Shown here: positions 41,966 to 50,091 of the stretch, one piece after another
Layout of the letters: each line of letters begins with the position of its first letter
Numbering within the stretch: the first letter of the stretch is position 1
DNA from: an uncultured Actinomycetota bacterium
GTDB lineage: Bacteria > Actinomycetota > Actinomycetes > JAHEKZ01
Length of the DNA: 64,000 bases
Direction: 5' to 3'
Assembly: GCA_963718235.1 (NCBI GenBank)
Contig: CAVQYR010000002.1
Location: 288,001-352,000, forward strand
The notes under the pieces: generated by a model
Seen by the model: only the letters and a program-made list of their open reading frames with translations
What the model was told of the DNA's origin: nothing
The model's database searches: none
Made by a program: the position numbers and the translations under genes

Positions 41966-44521
41966 TCAGCGGATCAGAGCGTGCACAGCCTCCCGGATCG
42001 TGCGCGACCCGGGCGCGACGCTCGTGGTCCAAGCTGGAAGCTGGTCTGGGTCCATCGACCTGGCGAACAGGTAGCCCTGCCCGTACTCGCAGCCGAGCTT
42101 GCGCAGCCGGTCCCGCACGACCGGCTCCTCGATCCCCTCGGCGATCACCTGCAGACCAAGGTGGTGCGCGAGGTCGATGAGCGAGGTCACGATCGCCGCG
42201 TCCCGGTTGGAGTCGATGATCCGGGCAACGAACGAGCGGTCGATCTTCAGCTGTTGGATGGGGAGCGCACTGAGGTAGGTCAGCGAGGAGTAGCCGGTCC
42301 CGAAGTCGTCCAGGGCCAGTCTGATGCCGAGAGCCCGCAGCTCGCCGAGCAGGGCCAGCGCCCTGGCTTCGTCGCTGATCACGATGCTCTCGGTGATCTC
42401 CAGGGTCAGCAGGTGCGCGGGCAGAGCGTGCCGGGCGAGAACCTCCGCCACCTTCTGCGGCAGGGTCTGGTCGAGAAGTGACCGGGTCGACAAGTTCACC
42501 GAGATGCTGATGGGAAGGCCTTGGCGCTGCCATGTGGCGCAGGCAGCCACCGCCTGGTCGAGCACCTGCTCGGTGAGAGCGGCGATGAGTCCATTGCGCT
42601 CGGCCAGCGGGAGGAAGACCCCGGGGGCCAGCGTGCCGCGCGTCGGATGGTGCCATCGGACCAGCGCCTCAGCGGCGATCACCCGACCGGAGAGCAGGTC
42701 GAGCACCGGTTCGACCTCGATCGCGATCTGACCCTGGCCGATGGCCGAGCGCAGCTCGGCGGTGAGCGACAGCAGGGAGGGGTCGTTCAGGTCGATGTCC
42801 GGCCGGTAGACGACGACGCTCTCGGCTCCGTTCTTCGCGGCATACATCGCGATGTCCGCCCGGCGCAGCAGGTCGGAGACGGTGGTGGCGTGGTCGGGTG
42901 CCAGCGCGATCCCCATCGAGCCGGCGAGGTGGAGCCGTTCCTCCCCGACGACCATCGGCTCGAGCAAGGCCTCGCACAGGGTCTCGGCGACGCCGAGGCC
43001 GTCGTCCTCCACCGGCTCGACCAGCACGGCGAACTCATCGCCGCCGAGCCGGGCCACCGTGACGCCCGGCCCGGCGGCTGCACTCAGGCGGCGTCCGACC
43101 TCGGTGATCAGCGTGTCGCCCACATGGTGTCCGAGGGTGTCGTTGACCGCCTTGAACCCGTTGAGGTCGATGATCAGCATCGCGACGCGCCCCTGGCCCG
43201 ATGTTGCTCTCGCCACTGCTGCGGTCGTCAGAGTCATCAGCTGAGCGCGGTTGGGAAGACCGGTCAGGGGGTCGTGCATGGCCTCGTGTCGGAGCCGGCC
43301 CATGAGCGACTCGTTGTGCATGGCCATCGAGGCGTGGTTCGCAACGGTCTTGATCAGGGTGACGTCGGTCTCGGCGAACCCGCGCACCTCACCGAGGCGG
43401 TCGTAGGCGGCGATTGCGCCCACCGTCTCCCCGTCGACGACCAGCGGTGCCATGACTGCCTCGCGGGCCCCCCGGAGCAGCAAGAACCCGGCCGCCTCGG
43501 TCTGGGTGCAGCTCAGCAGCCGCGCCTCTCCGTCTGCGACGAGCCGGGAGACGGCGAGCAGGACCTGCTTGACGACTTCGCCGCCCTCCGGTTCCACCCG
43601 CTCACCGTCGTAGCGCCAAAGGCTGCCGCTGCCAGCATGGCGGGCGAGTGTGAACACCTCCACGACCTCGGCTCGCAGCAGCTGCCGCGCCTGGCCGAGC
43701 ACGGCCGGCAGCACGTTGGCCGCCGCGGGCGCCGAGCTGAGCTCGCGGCTGAAGCTGAACAGCCGCTCCAGGCTCGTGTGCCGGTCGGACAGGCGGGAGT
43801 AGGCGCGGTAGGACAGCATGAGGGCGATCCCGGAGGCGAGCAAGGGAATCGCTGCCAGTGGTCCGAGTCGCAGGGTCAGCACCGCCACGATGCCGATCGT
43901 CGAGCTCGCGGCGGCCATGACCACCGCCGGCCACGACCCGCGAAGGCCGTCCCTGGGGTTCGCCTCGGTGTACCAGCTGAGGATCAGGGTCAGCACGAGC
44001 AGGTCGACGACGATCGCCAGGGTCGACGCCGCGACCGCGGCGAACCACTCGCGCAGGCCGTCATGCGTGCTGGCCCCGGAGAGCAGGGTGAAGGTGAAGA
44101 GCGCGACGGCCCCGTTCGCGTAGAACAGGGCCAGGTTGAGTGCGGACTTGACTGCGGTCTGACGCCGCAAGAAAAGCACGACGACGGCGGGGCCTACCAC
44201 CTTGGCCAGCATCAGGTCGCCTGGCGTGGAGCAGAACAGGGCGATCACCAGCGGGATCTCGCTGATCGAGATGCTCTTGGCTTCCCGGCCGAACTGGATG
44301 TGGACCACCCACATCTCAGTGGCTGCGAAGGCAGCGGCCAGCACCCACCAGGGGATCTGCTGGTCCGGTGGTGGCCCGGCCAGCTCCAGAGCAGCCAGGA
44401 ACAGGCCCGTTCCGAGGAGGAACAGCAGCACGGTCAGGCCCAGAACGCGCCGGGTCGGGCGGACCACCCCCCGTGGGACCGCCGGGCTCGACCCGCTGAT
44501 GGCGCTCATCCCGGGAGTCAT
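41966..44521 (-). CDS. Membrane-bound bifunctional diguanylate cyclase/phosphodiesterase (multi-TM + GAF + GGDEF + EAL)
   Basis: About 7 N-terminal hydrophobic segments; GAF (APLVVDGETVGAI); HDPLTGLPNR, DLNGFKAVNDTLGH, RLGGDEF; AEALVRW, EITE, DDFGTGYSS, KIDRSF, EGIE, QGY. Confidence 0.93.
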   Translation of the reverse strand: MTPGMSAISGSSPAVPRGVVRPTRRVLGLTVLLFLLGTGLFLAALELAGPPPDQQIPWWVLAAAFAATEMWVVHIQFGREAKSISISEIPLVIALFCSTPGDLMLAKVVGPAVVVLFLRRQTAVKSALNLALFYANGAVALFTFTLLSGASTHDGLREWFAAVAASTLAIVVDLLVLTLILSWYTEANPRDGLRGSWPAVVMAAASSTIGIVAVLTLRLGPLAAIPLLASGIALMLSYRAYSRLSDRHTSLERLFSFSRELSSAPAAANVLPAVLGQARQLLRAEVVEVFTLARHAGSGSLWRYDGERVEPEGGEVVKQVLLAVSRLVADGEARLLSCTQTEAAGFLLLRGAREAVMAPLVVDGETVGAIAAYDRLGEVRGFAETDVTLIKTVANHASMAMHNESLMGRLRHEAMHDPLTGLPNRAQLMTLTTAAVARATSGQGRVAMLIIDLNGFKAVNDTLGHHVGDTLITEVGRRLSAAAGPGVTVARLGGDEFAVLVEPVEDDGLGVAETLCEALLEPMVVGEERLHLAGSMGIALAPDHATTVSDLLRRADIAMYAAKNGAESVVVYRPDIDLNDPSLLSLTAELRSAIGQGQIAIEVEPVLDLLSGRVIAAEALVRWHHPTRGTLAPGVFLPLAERNGLIAALTEQVLDQAVAACATWQRQGLPISISVNLSTRSLLDQTLPQKVAEVLARHALPAHLLTLEITESIVISDEARALALLGELRALGIRLALDDFGTGYSSLTYLSALPIQQLKIDRSFVARIIDSNRDAAIVTSLIDLAHHLGLQVIAEGIEEPVVRDRLRKLGCEYGQGYLFARSMDPDQLPAWTTSVAPGSRTIREAVHALIR

Positions 44522-44602
44522 CGACGGACCGGTGCGTGAGCCTTAGGCGACGGTGGGCACGGGTGGGTCAGATCCACGAGGCGCCGGCGGCGCGGGTGGC
44601 GG

Positions 44603-46324
44603 TCACGAGTAGTCCTCACTGGCCCAGTTGCACCCGGCCCAGGAGGCACCCGACCAGGAGGCACCCGACCAGGAGGCACCCGACCAGGAGGCACCCGACC
44701 AGGAGGCACCGGCCCAGGACGCTCCGGCCCAGGACGCTCCGGCCCAGGACGCTCCGGCCCAGGACGCTCCGGCCCAGGAGGCTCCGGCCCAGGACGCTCC
44801 AGCCCAGGAGGCTCCAGCCCAGGAGGCTCCAGCCCAGGACGCTCCGTTCCACGATCCGCCGTCCCACATGCCGCCGTTCTCACGCTGCGCGGCGACCGCT
44901 GCCGCATCGAACGGGTTGCCGAAGATGTCTTGCTCACCCACGAGGTCGGTGGTGCCGTCGGACAGGTGGACGCCGCCGCGCGAGGTCTCGAGCGACCCAG
45001 CGCCCGAGCCACGCGTCGCCGTCTGGCGCCAGCTGGACGCAGACCATGTCACGCCCCGTTGGAGGTCCACAGTGCGTGGGTTACCAGGAACCCCCCAGAG
45101 GTAGGTCCCCTTCGCGAGCAGCCGCTTCACCTGGTCCGGCGACAGTCCGGGGCGAGCGCTCAGCAGGACCGCGGCGGCCCCGGACGTGAGTGCTGCCGCC
45201 TGGGAGGTTCCGCTGCCCCTCAGGTACTCGGAGTTGATCCCACCCGACTCGCCGAGCTTCGTATCCACGTACGAACCGGGGACTCGCAGTCCCTGCACCC
45301 GCGTGCCCGGTGCGACCACGTCGAGGCGACGTTCGCTCGTGCCCTTGGCGCTGAACGAAGCGAGCCTGTCGTCACTGGCATCGAGCGTGCCCTTGGTGTC
45401 GAGCGCACCGACGGCGATGACATAGGGGTCGGCGGCCGGCATGTCGATCGGGGTACCCCCACGGTTGCCCGCCGAGGCGACCACCACGATGCCGGAGCGC
45501 CAGGCGACCTCGGCGGCGTGGGCCAGGGGATCCAGCGTGTAGTCCTGGGCCGACTCGGTGCCGTAGGACAGGTTGAGCACCCGGATGTTCAGTCCGTCGT
45601 CGTGCGCGTGCTGCACGACCCAGTCGATGCCGGCGATGACCTGAGAGACGTCCGCGCGCCCGACCGCGTCGCCCACCTTGACGTTGACGATCCGAGCGTC
45701 GGGTGCGATGCCCTGGTAGGCACCGGGCTCCGACGAGGAGGCCCGCCCGGCGATCAGGCCGGCCATGAACGTCCCGTGCCCGTTCAGGTCGAGGTAGCGG
45801 GTCGAGTCGGACTGGCCGTCGAAGGACAGGTCCGGCCCGTTGACCACGGTGCTGGGGTCAGCGAGCGGACCCACGGGGGCCACACCGGTGTCGATGAGCG
45901 CGACATCGATGCCCTGTCCCGAGGCTCCGGCGTCCCACGCCGCCGGAGCCTTCATGAGGCGTGCGCTGTTGGAGACCGATCCAGCGTCGCCGACCGGGTC
46001 ATAGCTGTCCGCGCTCGACTCGAGGCTCACATCGGGGCTGACGGTGGCAACGTGGGACAGGGCGCGCAGGGCGGGAACGGCTGACTCCGGGACCCGGACG
46101 ACGGCTGTGTCCATGGTCTCGAAGGCCTGCTCGACACCGACCCCGCTCTCTCCCAGCTCGTCCAGCAGGGCTGGGAGCTGACCGGGCTCGGCGCGCACGA
46201 TGTATGCGGCGGTGGTGTCCGAGCCCGATGGCAAAGTCGTCGCGTGTGCTGTGGCAGGCACGGCCAGTCCGAGCACGACTGCTGCTGCGAGCAGCCGAGC
46301 CGCACGACGGCGGATCCACCCCAT
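44603..46324 (-). CDS. Secreted S8 subtilisin-like serine peptidase with C-terminal Trp pentapeptide repeats
   Basis: Signal peptide MGWIRRRAARLLAAAVVLGLAVPATAHA, I9-like propeptide, triad IDTG / NGHGTFMAG / GSGTSQAA, oxyanion SAGN; alternative start 46354. Confidence 0.93.
   Translation of the reverse strand: MGWIRRRAARLLAAAVVLGLAVPATAHATTLPSGSDTTAAYIVRAEPGQLPALLDELGESGVGVEQAFETMDTAVVRVPESAVPALRALSHVATVSPDVSLESSADSYDPVGDAGSVSNSARLMKAPAAWDAGASGQGIDVALIDTGVAPVGPLADPSTVVNGPDLSFDGQSDSTRYLDLNGHGTFMAGLIAGRASSSEPGAYQGIAPDARIVNVKVGDAVGRADVSQVIAGIDWVVQHAHDDGLNIRVLNLSYGTESAQDYTLDPLAHAAEVAWRSGIVVVASAGNRGGTPIDMPAADPYVIAVGALDTKGTLDASDDRLASFSAKGTSERRLDVVAPGTRVQGLRVPGSYVDTKLGESGGINSEYLRGSGTSQAAALTSGAAAVLLSARPGLSPDQVKRLLAKGTYLWGVPGNPRTVDLQRGVTWSASSWRQTATRGSGAGSLETSRGGVHLSDGTTDLVGEQDIFGNPFDAAAVAAQRENGGMWDGGSWNGASWAGASWAGASWAGASWAGASWAGASWAGASWAGASWAGASWAGASWSGASWSGASWSGASWSGASWAGCNWASEDYS
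44621..44875 (-). repeat. 15-bp coding tandem repeat, 17 units (GGMWD, GGSWN, 9x GASWA, 4x GASWS, GASWA, GCNWA)
   Basis: Plus-strand units ggcccaggaggcacc, cgaccaggaggcacc x4, ggcccaggacgctcc and synonymous variants; core 14 units at 44636-44845. Confidence 0.97.
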
Positions 46325-46676
46325 GCCCGGCGCGCCGGAGTACAGGTCTTCCATGACAGGCCCCCCCTGTCCGCCACCGCGGGTGCGGTCGGCGTCCTAC
46401 CTGGATGCGTTGCGTAACCGATCCACCACGCATCGTGGGGTCGGGGGCGGGCCCGCACAATCCCTCGTGCGGCGTATTCACCCGTAGGGGCGTACCGATT
46501 GCCACTGGTTGGCCCAGCCTTGCGCCCAGTGACCGCGTGGCCGGCTCCGGGCGCAGCGGCGAGGCCCTACGCCTCTAGCCGTGCTCCTCGGGAACGACGA
46601 CCCTTGCAAGTGGGCGGAGGCGACCTCTCGGCAGGGCGGCCTGTCCCGACGCCTCCGGGATCGATGGGGGTGCGTG

Positions 46677-47876
46677 ATGATCACCCGCAAGTCCTTCTTC
46701 GCTGCTGCGGCTGCCTTGGTGCTGGGCTGCACCGCAAGTGTCTCGGTGGGAGCAGCCGTGGCCGCACCGGCAGAGGCGGCGGCGTCCGGCTCGGTGGTCT
46801 CTCGGGTCGGGGTGCCGTGGACGGCGGAGGACGCCACCAGCGGCTCGGCGGTGTTGACGTACGGCAACGCGGGCTGCGAGGCGGTCGACGCCGACGGGTT
46901 CTGCACCAGCGGCCAATGGCCGACCATTCCTGGGGCTCACTGGATCTGGCGCAGCCAGAACGTCACGCCCGAGGAGGACGCGAGCGGCACGCCAGTCGTC
47001 ACGTTCACCGACACCTTCCAGATCGACCAGGCAGGCGGCAGGACCACCCTGAGGGTCTCGGCCGATGACTACTACACCGTCACGCTGAACGGCGAGACGA
47101 TCGGGTCCGGGTCCCTCTCCAGCATCGACACCTACAGGTTGGCTCCGGTCGTCGGGCTGAACACGATCACGGTCGCCGCTTCGAGCAGTTCGGGGCCAGC
47201 CGGGGTGACCTATCGGGTCGACACGACCTGGAAGTCCGCGCTGACCCTGACGGCGTCTGCGGCTCAGGTCACCTACGGACGGTCCACCGTTCTGAACGCG
47301 AGCCTGACTTCGGCGTCGACGAACCGCACCGTGTCGGTGTTCGCTCAGCCGGTCGGGGGCAAGAAGGTTCTCTTGACGAAGGACGAGGTCAACGCCGCCG
47401 GAAGCCTGGACATCCGGGTGACGCCGCGCGCGACCACGACCTACACCGCCAGCTACACCGGGGGTGACGGCTGGTCGGCTGCAAGCTCCAAACCCGTGAA
47501 GGTGGCGGTGGCGGGTCGCTGGGCGGCCAGGAGCCTGGGCGGCTACGACACGGTAGGCAGGTACCGGCTGTACCACTACCGGACCAGTTGCCGACCGCCC
47601 GAGTACAACGGCTGTCCGACCGAGCGCTTCACGCTGGCCCCGGGGCACCCTCGCGAGCGGGTCACGATGACCTTCCAGTACTGGGCCAAGGGTCGCTGGA
47701 GCACATACAGCACGCATCGCTGGCTGCTGAGCAAGCGGAGCGTCATGACCGTGTTCACGTGGTACGACTCACGGGGCATCATCGGCACGCGAATCCGCGT
47801 GGGAGCGACGTTCAACGGAGACGGCAGCCACGCTTCCGCTGCCTCGCCGTGGGTCTACTGGAGGGTGACCCGCTGA
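46677..47876 (+). CDS. Secreted beta-rich protein (jelly-roll/carbohydrate-binding-like N-domain plus Ig-like domains)
   Basis: Signal peptide MITRKSFFAAAAALVLGCTASVSVGAAVA; IPGAHWIW...VTFTDTF...LRVSADDYYTVTLNGETIG..GLNTITV pattern; Thr/Val-rich strands. Confidence 0.7.
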   Translation: MITRKSFFAAAAALVLGCTASVSVGAAVAAPAEAAASGSVVSRVGVPWTAEDATSGSAVLTYGNAGCEAVDADGFCTSGQWPTIPGAHWIWRSQNVTPEEDASGTPVVTFTDTFQIDQAGGRTTLRVSADDYYTVTLNGETIGSGSLSSIDTYRLAPVVGLNTITVAASSSSGPAGVTYRVDTTWKSALTLTASAAQVTYGRSTVLNASLTSASTNRTVSVFAQPVGGKKVLLTKDEVNAAGSLDIRVTPRATTTYTASYTGGDGWSAASSKPVKVAVAGRWAARSLGGYDTVGRYRLYHYRTSCRPPEYNGCPTERFTLAPGHPRERVTMTFQYWAKGRWSTYSTHRWLLSKRSVMTVFTWYDSRGIIGTRIRVGATFNGDGSHASAASPWVYWRVTR

Positions 47877-47902
47877 GTCGCCACGGGGTGAGCGAGACGT
47901 GG

Positions 47903-48688
47903 TCAGCGCGGGGGACGGCGGTAGGCCTGCGCGTTGCCGACGTCCGGCTCGAACCCGACCCGGCGGTAGACCCGCCCGGCCGGGTTCGTCGCCTCGGTGA
48001 TGATGACCCACCGGTCACAGCCGTGCGACGCCGCCCATCGGGCGGCCACGCCGAGCAGGTGTGAGGCGAGCCCCTGGCGCCGGTGCTCCACCTCGGTGCT
48101 GACCGCCTGGTAGCGCGCCGTGGTGCCGCACCGGACGATGCCGAGGTCGGCCACGAGGGTGTCACCGGAAAACGCGCCGAAGAACGCTGCGACCTCCCGG
48201 TCGGAGAGGTCGCGACGGGTCTGGACGCGCGCGCGGACGAAACGCTCGTGCCCGGTCGGCTCGTACTCGCCGGTCCGGTCGTTCTCGGCCAGCTCCCGCC
48301 CCACGCACTGCTCCCAGTCGTCGCCGCCGAGCCGGCGGACGGTGTAGTCCTCGGCCAGCGGCGTCTGCCTCGGCAGCGTGCGCGTGCTGAGCACGTCGTC
48401 CAGCTCCAGGTCGAGTCCCTGCGCCACCCACGCGTCCGCATCGTCGGGCATCCGGGCCAGCCCGATCGCGACCCAGGTGGCCCGGGGGAAGGTGTCGTGG
48501 AATGCGGCGACCCAACGCGGGGCGTCGTCCACGGTGTCCGCGGCGGTCACGAACAAGCAGTTGCCCCAGTGGTAGTCGGGGTTCAGCGGGGTGCGGACGA
48601 CGAGGTGGTCCCCCCGGTCCTCCACGACCGACCCGCTGTACTCAAGCACGGCGAGGTCGGTGGCCCATCCGGGGGAGAGGTCGCGCAT
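47903..48688 (-). CDS. GNAT family N-acetyltransferase
   Basis: GWATDLAV..VRTPLNPDYHWGNCL; ARYQAVSTEVEHRRQGLASHL, AGRVYRRVGF. Confidence 0.85.
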   Translation of the reverse strand: MRDLSPGWATDLAVLEYSGSVVEDRGDHLVVRTPLNPDYHWGNCLFVTAADTVDDAPRWVAAFHDTFPRATWVAIGLARMPDDADAWVAQGLDLELDDVLSTRTLPRQTPLAEDYTVRRLGGDDWEQCVGRELAENDRTGEYEPTGHERFVRARVQTRRDLSDREVAAFFGAFSGDTLVADLGIVRCGTTARYQAVSTEVEHRRQGLASHLLGVAARWAASHGCDRWVIITEATNPAGRVYRRVGFEPDVGNAQAYRRPPR

Positions 48689-48777
48689 GCCCCTCACGCT
48701 AGCCAACACGCCGCGTGATGTCGTCAACAGCGCCCTGCTCACCATCCCTGTCGCACTGAGGTGCACCTGGGCGGGGC

Positions 48778-50091
48778 TCAGTAGGCCCCGAGCCTCGGGT
48801 TGGTCGGGGAGAGCCGGCGCGCCTCGGCCAGTGCAGCCGAAGCCGCGGCACCCTCGCCTGCCTCACGGTGCAGGCGGGCCGAGGTGATCAGCGCGTCGGC
48901 CCGCTCGGGCGCGGGGCGGTGCCAGGCCAGGACGTCGTCGATCTCGCGCCGCGCGGCGACCTCGTCTCCGCCGAGGGCGTGCATGAGCGAGGCCTTGTGG
49001 GCGAACGCCGCACTCCCCGTCATGGCTGCCGCTTGGCGCATGGCGTCAGTGACCTCGGCTCGCGTCTCTTCGGTGTAGGGCAGCTGCCCGGACTCCGCGG
49101 CGCACAGCAACGACCATCCGTAGGTGGTGACCGCCTCGCGCCGGGCGTTGCCTCGGCCACCGACGAGTGAGATCCGCTTGCGCGAGGTCTGCGCCGCCTC
49201 GTCGAACCGGCCTTGGGCGAACTGTGCCCCCGCCAGGACCCCGAGGGCGGCCTGGTCGCTCGGCTTGTCCACCAGGCGGGCGCGGGCGGCCTGCTCGGCG
49301 CCGGTGACGTCACCGCGTTGAAGCGCCTGCGCGGCTTCCTTGTCCCCCCGCGTGGGGATCCTCGTGCCGATGACGAACACCGGGTCGTACTTGGCGTCGA
49401 CGACGCGCTCCTTCATCGGGATGATCGCGTTGTCGGTGATGTGGATGCCTTCGGGGCACACCTCGGTGCAGCACTTGGTGATGTTGCAGTACCCGATTCC
49501 GGCGTCGGCCTGCGCATCGCGACGCCGGTCGCGGGTGTCCAGCGGGTGCATGTCCAGCTCGGCGATCCGGATGAAGAACCGAGGCCCGGAGAACTTGGGC
49601 ATGTTCTCCTCGTGGTCGCGGATCACGTGACACGTGTTCTGGCACAGGTAGCACTCGATGCACTTGCGGAACTCCTGGCTGCGCTCGACGTCGACCTGCG
49701 ACATCCGGAAGTCCCCGGGTCTGAGGTCCGGCGGTGGTGCGAAGGCGGGCACCTCGCGCGCCTTCTGGTAGTTGAACGAGACGTCGGTGACGAGGTCGCG
49801 AATGATCGGGAACGTGCGCATTGGTGTGACGGTGACGGTCTCGGTCTCGTCGAAGGTGCTCATCCGGGTCATGCACATCAGACGAGGCTTGCCGTTGATC
49901 TCGGCGCTGCACGACCCGCACTTGCCGGCTTTGCAGTTCCAGCGCACGGCCAGGTCGGGGGTCTGGGTGGCCTGCAGGCGGTGCACGATGTCGAGGACGA
50001 CCTCACCCTCCTTGACCTCGACGGTGTAGCTCTCCAGGCTGCCCCCGGTGTCGTCTCCGCGCCAGACCCGGACGTTCGCGTCGTAGCCCAT
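48778..50091 (-). CDS. sdhB: Succinate dehydrogenase/fumarate reductase Fe-S subunit (Sdh1, Rv0247c-type) with ~190 aa TPR-like C-terminal extension
   Basis: WNCKAGKCGSC, CIECYLCQNTC, CNITKCCTEVCP; canonical domain ends near KERVVDAKYDP, then helical Ala-rich extension. Confidence 0.92.
   Translation of the reverse strand: MGYDANVRVWRGDDTGGSLESYTVEVKEGEVVLDIVHRLQATQTPDLAVRWNCKAGKCGSCSAEINGKPRLMCMTRMSTFDETETVTVTPMRTFPIIRDLVTDVSFNYQKAREVPAFAPPPDLRPGDFRMSQVDVERSQEFRKCIECYLCQNTCHVIRDHEENMPKFSGPRFFIRIAELDMHPLDTRDRRRDAQADAGIGYCNITKCCTEVCPEGIHITDNAIIPMKERVVDAKYDPVFVIGTRIPTRGDKEAAQALQRGDVTGAEQAARARLVDKPSDQAALGVLAGAQFAQGRFDEAAQTSRKRISLVGGRGNARREAVTTYGWSLLCAAESGQLPYTEETRAEVTDAMRQAAAMTGSAAFAHKASLMHALGGDEVAARREIDDVLAWHRPAPERADALITSARLHREAGEGAAASAALAEARRLSPTNPRLGAY

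Noticed and set aside
42521-44539. 672 aa plus-strand ORF
   Set aside because: Antisense to the GGDEF-EAL gene, no domain signature.
44621-44875. Repeat array as CRISPR or non-coding VNTR
   Set aside because: No spacers, 15-bp period in frame with the S8 protease, mostly synonymous variation, no cas genes.
44536-45189. Plus-strand ORFs with PAQEAPDQEA / RRHPT repeats
   Set aside because: Antisense shadows of the GASW repeat; the minus frame carries the protease.
35028-48777. Accessory block as a prophage, ICE or defence island
   Set aside because: No integrase, transposase, phage, conjugation or defence genes and no att repeats recognised.
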